In this document: positions 9,464-18,371 of the stretch, one piece after another
Layout of the letters: every line of letters starts with the position of its first letter
How positions within the stretch are numbered: position 1 is the first letter of the stretch
Assembly (NCBI GenBank): GCA_965223295.1
Contig: CBDCWC010000002.1
Coordinates: forward strand, 128,001 to 192,000
Reading direction: 5' to 3'
Length of the DNA: 64,000 nt
Source of the DNA: Nitrospirales bacterium
GTDB taxonomy: Bacteria; Nitrospirota; Nitrospiria; Nitrospirales; UBA8639
The notes under the pieces: generated by a model
What the model saw: the letters and a program-made list of their open reading frames with translations, nothing else
Databases searched by the model: none
Told to the model about the DNA's origin: nothing
Made by a program: the position numbers and the translations under genes

Positions 9464-9841
9464 ATGAGTTCGTCCATTAAAACCATTCTGATTGCAGATG
9501 ATGATGAAGATCTCAGGCTGCTGGTACAGGTCACACTTGAACAGCCAACCTACCGCATTCTTACCGCCGCAGATGGTCCCCAAGCCTTAGATGCCGCGCA
9601 GCAACACCATCCCGATTTACTTGTTATTGATTGGATGATGCCTGGTCTGAACGGACGTGAAGTGATTACTCAACTTCGTCAACAGTCTGCAACGGCTACT
9701 ATTCCCATTATCATGCTCACAGCCAAAAGTGATCAAGAAGCTCGTGAGCAGATGGTCGTGTTCGCGTTAGTGGGGTACTTAGTCAAACCCTTTAGTCCGC
9801 TTGAACTAATTAAAAGAGTCAAAGAAGTGTTGGGTTCATGA
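9464..9841 (+). CDS. Single-domain response regulator
   Basis: ADDD, DWMMP, MLTA, KPF. Confidence 0.9.
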   Translation: MSSSIKTILIADDDEDLRLLVQVTLEQPTYRILTAADGPQALDAAQQHHPDLLVIDWMMPGLNGREVITQLRQQSATATIPIIMLTAKSDQEAREQMVVFALVGYLVKPFSPLELIKRVKEVLGS

Positions 9842-10725
9842 ATCTTAATATTTCTCAACCCCATGGAAAAGGCGGCCCGCGTCGTATAAAGAAAAAGTCT
9901 CTGCAATCCAGCGTCTCGCCACTAGAGGACAGCTCTTTGCAAGCAGCTCGTTCTCAATTGATGGTGTATGCCCAAGATTTCAAACAGTTGTTGGAAAAAG
10001 AGGAGAAAAAAACCCAAAAGCTTCAACAAGCGCATGGACAACTACTCTCCTATGCCAAGGATCTAAAAGTTGCTCTAGAGGCAGAACAGCAAAAAAATAG
10101 CGAGTTAGAGCAGGCCTATACGGATACCATAATGCGGTTGGCCAGGGCTTCACGCTATAAAGACGAAGAAACGGGTGCGCATATTGTACGGCTGAGTCAT
10201 TATTCTCAATCGATCGCCTTGTTTGTGGGGTGGGATCAGCAGAGGGCACAAGGGTTGTTTGCTATTGCCCCAATGCATGATGTGGGAAAAATTGGTGTGC
10301 CGGATGCTGTATTGGGAAAGCAAGGGCCTTTGACAGAAGAGGAATGGGAAGCCATAAAATTGCATCCGTTGTTGGGGGCCAGTTTGTTGAGTGGCTCGGC
10401 GTCACCGCTATTGGAAATGGCTCGAGAGGTGGCTTTAACTCATCATGAGCGATGGGATGGGACCGGCTACCCGTGTGGATTGCGAGGGAAACAAATTCCC
10501 ATTACCGGGAGAATTGTGATGCTCTGTGATCTGTATGATGCCCTACGCAGCCAGCGCCCCTATAAACCTGCTTTTTCGCATAAAAAAGCTGTGGATATTA
10601 TGCTCAATGGAAATGACCGCACAAAGCCGACGCATTTCGATCCAAAATTATTAGAAGCCTTTAGAGAAATGCACCACCAATTTGACGAAATATTTTTGAC
10701 AGTCACAGATTCCACAGAACTTTAA
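9838..10725 (+). CDS. HD-GYP c-di-GMP phosphodiesterase with N-terminal coiled coil
   Basis: ETGAH, MHDVGK, HHERWDGTGYP, RPYK; 4-nt overlap with the upstream RR. Confidence 0.9.
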   Translation: MNLNISQPHGKGGPRRIKKKSLQSSVSPLEDSSLQAARSQLMVYAQDFKQLLEKEEKKTQKLQQAHGQLLSYAKDLKVALEAEQQKNSELEQAYTDTIMRLARASRYKDEETGAHIVRLSHYSQSIALFVGWDQQRAQGLFAIAPMHDVGKIGVPDAVLGKQGPLTEEEWEAIKLHPLLGASLLSGSASPLLEMAREVALTHHERWDGTGYPCGLRGKQIPITGRIVMLCDLYDALRSQRPYKPAFSHKKAVDIMLNGNDRTKPTHFDPKLLEAFREMHHQFDEIFLTVTDSTEL

Positions 10726-10744
10726 CGCCCTATCCGCAGAAGGT

Positions 10745-11164
10745 TTATCGAGGGTTTTCAATGGGATATCGGGCTTCTGCCCACGCGTTCATACTGCCTT
10801 CAACATTGTAGACATTTTTATACCCCAAACTCATCAGCGTTTCTGCGGCAATATTGCTGCGATGCCCTGATTGGCAGTACACCACTACGTGGCTGTCTAG
10901 TTCAGCACCTAACTCCTGATGCCGGTTTTGAATGTCCCGAAAATCAATATTGAAATCAGTGCCAGGGATGAATCCACCTTGATGTTCATCTGGTGAACGA
11001 ACATCGATGAGCACAAACCCTTTTTGACTCGGTTGCGCGGCCTTGTCCATACTGGCCTTCAATTGTTGAACCGTTAACAGGTACGGCTCGGCATACGTTG
11101 GGTGAGGTGTCGAAACGACAAAGGCCAAAAGAAGAAAGAATGTGGAAAAGGCTATGCGTGCCAT
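10745..11164 (-). CDS. Exported rhodanese-domain protein
   Basis: Signal peptide, IDVR, YCQSGHRS. Confidence 0.88.
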   Translation of the reverse strand: MARIAFSTFFLLLAFVVSTPHPTYAEPYLLTVQQLKASMDKAAQPSQKGFVLIDVRSPDEHQGGFIPGTDFNIDFRDIQNRHQELGAELDSHVVVYCQSGHRSNIAAETLMSLGYKNVYNVEGSMNAWAEARYPIENPR

Positions 11165-11309
11165 GATTTCACTCCTTCATGCAAGGGAGATTGACTCAAT
11201 ATTAGTGTAGAAACACAGGCATTGTCTGTATAAAATTGTATGTCTCATTGAAAGACATGGTCAAGCTTGAGCTGGTGTGAAGATTTAGGTAAGGGAGGTG
11301 TTCGAGAAT

Positions 11310-11885
11310 TTACGGTGAGGAAGGAACTGTCCGTTTTAAATCATCAAGGCTGAGCAGGGAGAAAAGCGTCAGGTCTTGTTGTGTAAGGTTTTGGTGTTGG
11401 TTTGTTTCTGAGCGATCGACGATTACGAACGCATGATTGACCTGTAGGCCTTGATTGCGGGCCGCATCTGTAGCTTTGAGGAGTGAGCCTCCGGTCGTGA
11501 GGACATCATCTACCACGACAGCCTCTTCGCCTGGATCAAATGTGCCTTCTATTAGTTTGCCTAAACCATGATCTTTGGGTTGCTTGCGGACAACGAATGT
11601 GCGCCATTCTTGTTTCGGGTTAGCCGAAAATGCACAGTCTGAAATACTCGTAGCAAGAGGGATCGCGCCAATTTCCAACCCGCCAATCAATTGAAAATCC
11701 TGGTCTTTGAGCAGTTCAAATGCTAGTTGGGCGACGAGGTGACGAGAGTAGGGGTGAGCCAATATAATACGGCAGTCCACATAGTACGGGCTGATTTTTC
11801 CTGATGCCAAACGGAAGCCGTCTTGGCTGTTCCATTTAAAGGCTTCAAGATCATGAAAGGCTTGGAGCAGCGCGTCTTTGGACAT
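11310..11885 (-). CDS. pyrE: Orotate phosphoribosyltransferase
   Basis: FRLASG..SPYYVDCR, RKQPKDHG, VVDDVLTTGGS. Confidence 0.93.
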   Translation of the reverse strand: MSKDALLQAFHDLEAFKWNSQDGFRLASGKISPYYVDCRIILAHPYSRHLVAQLAFELLKDQDFQLIGGLEIGAIPLATSISDCAFSANPKQEWRTFVVRKQPKDHGLGKLIEGTFDPGEEAVVVDDVLTTGGSLLKATDAARNQGLQVNHAFVIVDRSETNQHQNLTQQDLTLFSLLSLDDLKRTVPSSP

Positions 11886-12060
11886 TAGTCAATAGTCAGA
11901 TAGAAATAGCAAGATTTGTTTAAACCGTTAGCGGTGAGGTTCTACCATTACGACTTTCGAAACTGCAAGGCAACATCGTGGAATATTTAGATAGTTCGAA
12001 AATAATTTATGTACACAGTATCGATTGATCTAAGCTTACGAGTAAAAAGGAGTCAGGGCC

Positions 12061-12918
12061 ATGTACAAAGTCAAGAAGCGGCCGATAAAAAAAGAGAAAG
12101 CCCCGGTTCTCTATAACATTCTCGAGAACTATACGGACCACGATCCTCCCGGGAATGTCATGGTCTGTGCCATGACCGGTGCAGTTAATCTCGCCATGCG
12201 CACGAAGGTGCTTTCTGAGAGTTATGATATCCCTCAAGACACGGTGGAACGCCTACTGGCCGAGGGTGGCGTCTTTCTCTATCCACAAGATGGTCTCCTG
12301 GTCACAAAAGGCGCGTTTGTGTCCAAGGTCGATGCAACTGGGAAAGAACCCACGCAAACTTGGGTCATGGATGTTGAGCAATATGCGGCGGCCGAACGGT
12401 TGCGACAAAGTTATGGAGTATCACTCGAAGAGGCCATGGAGCGTGTGTTTTATCGTGGGTTGCCGCAAGAATTGCAAGATCGCCTTAAGAAGCCAAATTT
12501 AGACTTAGACTATGCTACGCTGGAATCAGCGGCCGCTGCTGGCGGCGATATCCGGTATATCGATTTTAGAAAAGATTGGTCCCCGCATTTTAAGCGTAAA
12601 TGCGTCATGCCAGATGGACGTCTCATTGAAACCAGCGGCTTGGAAGATTTTGCTGAATTGCATGGCACCACAGTGGAGGATGCCCGTACGCTCCTGGATC
12701 ATGGAGGAACGTTAGAGTTAAAAGATCTAGGAGTGTTGGCCTGTCAAATTATCAATGGACAACCTTCCGTCGCTCGTTTCAATGTACGGCAGTACAAGAA
12801 AGCCAAAGCCTTAGTCAAAGAAAAAGAGCTTCATCTATTAGATGCCCTCAGTGAAGTGGCCTATCAAGATCCCATCCTTATGCGCGCCCTCAGCAAAGCC
12901 GACACCTCTTCCTCCTGA
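12061..12918 (+). CDS. Hypothetical protein with internal duplication
   Basis: 285 aa ORF with AAGGAG RBS; two similar halves. Confidence 0.75.
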   Translation: MYKVKKRPIKKEKAPVLYNILENYTDHDPPGNVMVCAMTGAVNLAMRTKVLSESYDIPQDTVERLLAEGGVFLYPQDGLLVTKGAFVSKVDATGKEPTQTWVMDVEQYAAAERLRQSYGVSLEEAMERVFYRGLPQELQDRLKKPNLDLDYATLESAAAAGGDIRYIDFRKDWSPHFKRKCVMPDGRLIETSGLEDFAELHGTTVEDARTLLDHGGTLELKDLGVLACQIINGQPSVARFNVRQYKKAKALVKEKELHLLDALSEVAYQDPILMRALSKADTSSS

Positions 12919-13083
12919 GGCCCATGTTTGAAATCGTCAATTTTGTTTTTGACTTACTGTCGAGCTTCTGTTCCTCCTATTTGTAAGAGGAGGATTAAAG
13001 TGGGTAGAGTCATGCTCATGTCCAGTGGTTGGTCTGGCTATCGTCAATGACATAAGTGGCGAAGTATTTTTGTCTTTGTGAGT

Positions 13084-13272
13084 TACCGAGTTCCGGCCTG
13101 ACAGTCGAGCCACTTTTGTTTCGGCAAAAGTGGCCAAAACTATTGACGCCCAGTCCGTCTACATTTGATTGGATGGACGCAAGGCATGGAAAGGTGGACC
13201 ATCTCGCTTTGCTCAGACAAGGTCCACCGATTGCTAGGAGCACCCATCCATGGGGACGGACTGCAGGCGTCG
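13084..13272 (+). repeat. Structured repeat family S, copy 2
   Basis: GCCACTTTTGT-TTCG-GCAAAAGTGGC hairpin, GGTGGACC/GGTCCACC and CAGTCCGTC/GACGGACTG stems. Confidence 0.75.
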
Positions 13273-13305
13273 GATGCTGGAAGGTTTAAATCTTTTGAGG
13301 CCATA

Positions 13306-13330
13306 TTCCCCGCTGCTTGCGGCGGGGATC
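13306..13330. repeat. REP-like palindrome
   Basis: TCCCCGCTGC-TT-GCGGCGGGGA hairpin; a related GCGGGGATG/CATCCCCGC hairpin lies at about 42073-42096. Confidence 0.45.
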
Positions 13331-13346
13331 ATTTATTGGCGTAACT

Positions 13347-13781
13347 CTAGGTTTTAATATTAACGTTTGCTGATTTTGCCAGAACGATAATCTCTGATCC
13401 AGATTGAAATAAGAATGAGCATTTCCAATTTACATCAGGTGTTTTATCAGTCCAAACCTGATTGACACACCAATCTTTATCTAAAAGTTACTCAAAACTG
13501 ATAAGACAATCATCTTCTGAAAACGGCATTGTAGGATTTCTTGGTTTTACTTCAAGATGATAGGCATCTGATATTCTTAACGAAATAAAGTGCGACAGAA
13601 AAAGGTTTACCCAATCTCCAGTTCCTCTTTGCCATTCGAGTGTAATTAACTTTTCCCTGATAGCGTAACTAAATTTATGGAAATCGTAATCATTGTGAAG
13701 ATCATATTCCTGTGAATCTTTTTTCAAATAAATGCTGTCAGGCCAAGAAAAGTTATTCGTAACCATCGTGGACTCCTTCAA
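13347..13781 (-). pseudogene. AT-rich hypothetical gene with internal stop
   Basis: TAA at 13488-13490; same frame stays open 46 more codons (LLDKDWC...FLFQSGSEIIVLAKSANVNIKT*) to TAG at 13347. Confidence 0.6.
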
Positions 13782-13976
13782 GAGTAGGCGATTAGGTGCA
13801 TGTTTTCTCTAGAATAAAGCGCTGTGGTTCAGCTCTATCCGTAATTTTCATTCGGCTTTTTGGGAAAGTTGTCCTCTGAAATGCTGAATTAGATCAATAG
13901 TCTATGATTTATGCTATTTGATTTTCGAAGTTAATAGCACGTCAAGACTCTTGATTTAACAACAGCCTCTTTCTTT

Positions 13977-14774
13977 CTATTTCATATTTCTGACTAATGG
14001 TGGTTTTACGGCTTTGGCGGCTAGGGCCATGGCGAGGGGGTGGGGGATGATCTTGCTGAACCAGTGGGCGAGGCGACCTTGCCAGCCTATGGTTACGACG
14101 GTGCGTTTGGATTGGAGAGCCTGCAGCGAGGTTTGGACAACTTGTTGCGGGGATTGTGCCGATAGGGCGTGATTGGGTTTGTGTCCGGCAGTTTGATGGA
14201 AATCCGTGTCGGTATAGCCAGGACAACAGACTTGTATGGTGATGCCTTGGTCCTGTGTTTCCCTTGCCAGCCCTTCTGAAAAAGTAATAAGAAAGGCTTT
14301 GGTGGCGGCGTATTCCGTCATATAGGGAATAGGGAAAAATCCGGCCACAGATGCGACGGTAATGATGGCGCCTTGTTTGCGATCCTGCATGGCCGGCAAA
14401 AATAGTCGAATGCTTTCTACGATCGTGTTGATATGCAATAGAAGCATATTTTGAATGCTTGCCATTGGCATATCGGCAAATTCCCCATAGCGTCCAAACC
14501 CCGCATTATTGATCAAAAGTGAAACCTCTGATCCATAAGACTGGGCCAGTGCATGCAATCTTTCTGCGGCTTGAGGTTGGCTCAGATCTAGTGATTCCAC
14601 CCAGATCGTACCGTGGGATAGAGCCTGCAGTTCCGTCTGCAATGTCTTGAGACGTACCTTATCTCGTCCAATAAGGAGGAGATCATAGTCTTGACTTGCG
14701 AGAGTTCTGGCATATTCCGCTCCAATCCCTCGAGAGGCGCCGGTAATGACTGCAAATGGTTGCATCTGATTCAT
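13977..14774 (-). CDS. Short-chain dehydrogenase/reductase (DltE-like)
   Basis: TGASRGIG, NNAGFG, YAATK. Confidence 0.92.
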   Translation of the reverse strand: MNQMQPFAVITGASRGIGAEYARTLASQDYDLLLIGRDKVRLKTLQTELQALSHGTIWVESLDLSQPQAAERLHALAQSYGSEVSLLINNAGFGRYGEFADMPMASIQNMLLLHINTIVESIRLFLPAMQDRKQGAIITVASVAGFFPIPYMTEYAATKAFLITFSEGLARETQDQGITIQVCCPGYTDTDFHQTAGHKPNHALSAQSPQQVVQTSLQALQSKRTVVTIGWQGRLAHWFSKIIPHPLAMALAAKAVKPPLVRNMK

Positions 14775-15040
14775 CTCCTTTCTTTCTCTCTCATGTCTCG
14801 CAGTATATCTGGTGAGCTTCTCTCAAGGTAGTTGTCGAGAACAAGGAGCACAAATTTTCCAAAAACAGCATGTATTTTTTGCACGGCCATGATGCAAATG
14901 GGCTGAAAATATTAAGAATTTATTAGTTTCTTCCGAATACTTCTCTCAGGTGCCAATCAGATGGATTCCCACTCAGGGGTGGGATCACGTGTGTGCGAGG
15001 AGAGTCTTCCCAAAAATGATGACAAAGGAATGTGAGTGCC

Positions 15041-15910
15041 ATGTCTGATTCATACGAGGTTGAATCGGCTACCAGTCTATTGGATTGTGCTGATCCCCAG
15101 ACTTCTCCGCCAGTTCCGTCCCAAACGGGAAGCCTGGAACAGGCCTTAGCCGATATTGAAGAACAAGCGGCCGAATTAGTGAAAACGACCAAGCAAGTGA
15201 TGGCGTCGTTTAAAAAAATAAAAGATGCGGCCAAAGTGGGCGATTTGGTGAAGCTTCGTAAACTACTGGAGGAAGGCAAGACGGCAACGTTGAATTTGGG
15301 CTGTGATTTCGTCAAAACGCAAGAACGTCTGAACTTTGATGAAGCCAGTTATTTGGCTGGAAAAGCCTTTCGTCAAGAACTCCTTTCTACCGCCCAACAA
15401 ATGGGGGTAAACCTTTATGAACATGATGAATTTTTGTTTTCGTATCCAGTTCTTTTGAAAATCCTGCATGAGGAGAGAGCTGTCTCCATTGATCGTATGC
15501 GCGAAAGCCGGTTGCGCCCATCCGTACTCGTGAAACGCCTCAAAGAAGTTCAAAATAAGCCGTTGCGCTTTAAGCCCAAGACGTTTTTAGAAATGCTCTA
15601 TACGGCCTATGCGATTGTCGTTGCGGGTCGTGGGAAACACTTAATTGGAAAGGGGACGGTGATTCCGCTCCTTGAACTCTATCAATTGTTAACGCTTTTG
15701 CCTTGGCAGGCCAGTGAATATACACGACAGGAGTTTGGACGTGATGTGTATTTACTCGATAAAAGTGGAACTATCGCGACGAAAAATCACTATCGGGCAA
15801 ACTTCCATGCCAGTACTGGGGTTCGGGATGTTTCAAAAACCTTAACGGTGATTGCGCAAGGTGGACGAGAAAAAACCTATTATGGGATTTCATTTGTGAA
15901 AGCAAGCTAA
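15041..15910 (+). CDS. Hypothetical protein; first gene of the double-BrxD locus
   Basis: About 289 aa; N-terminal coiled-coil-like stretch; co-oriented 82 bp before the ATPase genes. Confidence 0.8.
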   Translation: MSDSYEVESATSLLDCADPQTSPPVPSQTGSLEQALADIEEQAAELVKTTKQVMASFKKIKDAAKVGDLVKLRKLLEEGKTATLNLGCDFVKTQERLNFDEASYLAGKAFRQELLSTAQQMGVNLYEHDEFLFSYPVLLKILHEERAVSIDRMRESRLRPSVLVKRLKEVQNKPLRFKPKTFLEMLYTAYAIVVAGRGKHLIGKGTVIPLLELYQLLTLLPWQASEYTRQEFGRDVYLLDKSGTIATKNHYRANFHASTGVRDVSKTLTVIAQGGREKTYYGISFVKAS

Positions 15911-15992
15911 CGACGGTGAGCATGTTATTTAAGTTTCCCTAGGGAGAACCGACAAGAGGAAACAGCATAAAAGGATTATTGAGGAAAAATTT

Positions 15993-18269
15993 ATGGCACC
16001 ACAGGAATGGCTCAACGTTCTGAAAGTTGCATACCTTCAAGGGTTTATCCGTCGTGGGGGTTCGGCGGTGAAGTTTGCAGTTGTCGAGGAAGCTTCCGAC
16101 ACGAAGTCGGTAGTTTCTGGCATTGAGGAAATCGCCCGAGAGGAAGGCTTTCTCACACTGGCTGCCGATTCCCGTAAGACCAAGGTGCAGCTGATAGATC
16201 TCTTGTTTCAAGAAATGGCGAGACGGATTGATTGGGAGGGGCTGGCCTTCGAATTCATGAAAAAGCTGTTTCATGATCATGAATGTCAGATTCCTGAACA
16301 GCGGGAAGAATGTAGCTGGCAAAGTGTGGCGTCGCTCAATAATTCTGATGAGTCTACTTTGAAACGCGATGTGAACTCCTGGCTTGAACGTGCGTTGTTT
16401 CAAGATTTTCAGATGAGCCGGGAATTTCGTTTAGCGATGATCCAGTTTTGCCTGGCGCAGATTGATGAGGTTACACGACAATCAAAAGAAGCCAATGCCA
16501 TTCGATCATGGCTTTGTGGCGAGTTGAAACAAATGTCTGTTCTCAGGAAATTATTGATCTTCCAGAAAGTCAATCGCAGCACGGCTCGTGATTTGATTGC
16601 CTCGTTTACGCATTGGGTGCGTCTTATCGGCAAGCCAGGTGTGGTCTTAACTATTGATATTTCGGCTTTTATGGACTCAAAAAAGAAAGACACGAATTCG
16701 CTGAATTATACGCCGTCTGCCGTCATGGATGCTTATGAAATGTTACGGCAATTTATCGATGGCAGTGATGATATGGAAGGGCTGTTGCTCGTTGTCGTGA
16801 CCCCGAAGAAATTTTTAACTGACCAGCGGTTAGGCCTCAATCGTTATGAAGCGTTGAAGCTTCGGATATGGGACGATGTACGAGATAGGTTTCGGGCAAA
16901 CCCGTTTGCGCCAATGGTTCGGCTCTTTGAGCAGGCTGAACAGTTTGGAGACAGCTCCGCGTTAGGGCGTGTGGGTAGCCGACAGGATGATGTTCAGCAT
17001 CAACAGGTGATTGAGTCGCTGCGGGCTGGAGTGCCCAGTCCAGGGGCAGTGAAAGCCCTGGGCTGTTCTCAACCAACCGTCAAATCCAAATTTCAGCAAA
17101 TGCTGCAGGATGCGGAAGCCAGTATTCATAAGGGCTGGACGACGCAGGGTCTGCTCATTGAAGGGGGATTCGGGACAGGCAAGTCACATTTATTAGAATC
17201 GCTTCGGCATATGGCTCTCGACTCAAATTTCGTGTGCAGCAAAGTGGTGATTAGTAAAGAAACCCCGCTCTATAGCCCGGCGTTGATGTTTCGTGCGGCG
17301 ATGGGCGCAGCCAATATTCCCCAGAAACGAGGCGATGCTCTAGCCGAAGTAGCAGGTGATTTGAATTTCAAGAGCCCTCAATATGCGGAATTTTACGAAT
17401 GGGTCCATCGTCAAGGTGGAGAAATTGATGGGCGGTTTGCCGCCACGTTGTTTCTGTACGAACGAATGGTCAATGATCCTGAATTGAGTCATCGAATCCT
17501 TCGCTATTGGGCAGGTGACCCAATGACTGATGCCGAAATTAAACGGTATCTGAAATCCTGTGATCCCAATGTGTCGTATCGGTTTGAACGGGTCTCACCG
17601 ATGGAAATGGCCTTGCAGCGGTTTAAATTTGTCTCACGGTTGATGATAGCTGCGGGGTATTCCGGGTGGATTTTACTCATTGACGAAGCAGAAATCGTTG
17701 GCCGGTATTCCTTTAGGCAGCGGGCTCAATCCTACGCGGAGTTAGCACGATGGCTAGGACGTTTAGAAGCATCGAGTTTTGCTGATCTGGGTTATAAGTC
17801 GGGGTTAGCTGCTGTGATGGCGTTAACCGATGATTTCCAAAGCGCTATTTTGGATGAAAAAGGAGACCGCGAAAAAGTTCCGGAGAAGTTACGCGAAACC
17901 GGATCGGAAACGGATTTGGTGCTGGGTCGTCAAGCTGAACAAGGTATGCGATTGATCGAGTGCGAAAGGATTCCTTTGGTTGGTCCCTATGATCAGTTGG
18001 TAGAAGATATCTATCACAAAATTCGTGCAATTCATGGTGCGGCATATGGTTGGGAACCTCCACAAGTGCCAACAATTGAGCGGCTATCCAGCACACGAAT
18101 GCGTGAGTATGTGAAAGGGTGGATTACTGAGTGGGATTTGAAACGACTCGATCCGAATCAGAAAGTTGATATTGAATTGACGGAGATTAAACAGGATTAT
18201 TCAGAGGATATTGAATTAGAAGGTTTGCAGGAAGAAGTTCGGCAACCTGCTCTGACGGAGTTTCCGTAA
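15993..18269 (+). CDS. Tandem BrxD/DUF2791-like P-loop ATPase fusion, paralogue 1
   Basis: N module YLQGFIRRGGSAVKF without GxxGxGK; C module SLRAGVP, IEGGFGTGKSH, ISKETPL, LLIDEAE. Confidence 0.8.
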   Translation: MAPQEWLNVLKVAYLQGFIRRGGSAVKFAVVEEASDTKSVVSGIEEIAREEGFLTLAADSRKTKVQLIDLLFQEMARRIDWEGLAFEFMKKLFHDHECQIPEQREECSWQSVASLNNSDESTLKRDVNSWLERALFQDFQMSREFRLAMIQFCLAQIDEVTRQSKEANAIRSWLCGELKQMSVLRKLLIFQKVNRSTARDLIASFTHWVRLIGKPGVVLTIDISAFMDSKKKDTNSLNYTPSAVMDAYEMLRQFIDGSDDMEGLLLVVVTPKKFLTDQRLGLNRYEALKLRIWDDVRDRFRANPFAPMVRLFEQAEQFGDSSALGRVGSRQDDVQHQQVIESLRAGVPSPGAVKALGCSQPTVKSKFQQMLQDAEASIHKGWTTQGLLIEGGFGTGKSHLLESLRHMALDSNFVCSKVVISKETPLYSPALMFRAAMGAANIPQKRGDALAEVAGDLNFKSPQYAEFYEWVHRQGGEIDGRFAATLFLYERMVNDPELSHRILRYWAGDPMTDAEIKRYLKSCDPNVSYRFERVSPMEMALQRFKFVSRLMIAAGYSGWILLIDEAEIVGRYSFRQRAQSYAELARWLGRLEASSFADLGYKSGLAAVMALTDDFQSAILDEKGDREKVPEKLRETGSETDLVLGRQAEQGMRLIECERIPLVGPYDQLVEDIYHKIRAIHGAAYGWEPPQVPTIERLSSTRMREYVKGWITEWDLKRLDPNQKVDIELTEIKQDYSEDIELEGLQEEVRQPALTEFP

Positions 18270-18371
18270 TGGCTTCTTCGCGTAGGCTTGACTAGGCTTT
18301 ATGCCGATGGAAGCAGGTTCCAAACAGGCGTCAAATAGGCATTCCCCAACAACATGTAAAGGATAGGTGTT

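Noticed and set aside
14940-15005. Hairpin and CTCTCAGG word suggesting a glycine riboswitch ahead of the ATPase locus
   Set aside because: Other conserved aptamer elements are missing or out of order; only a simple hairpin is supported.
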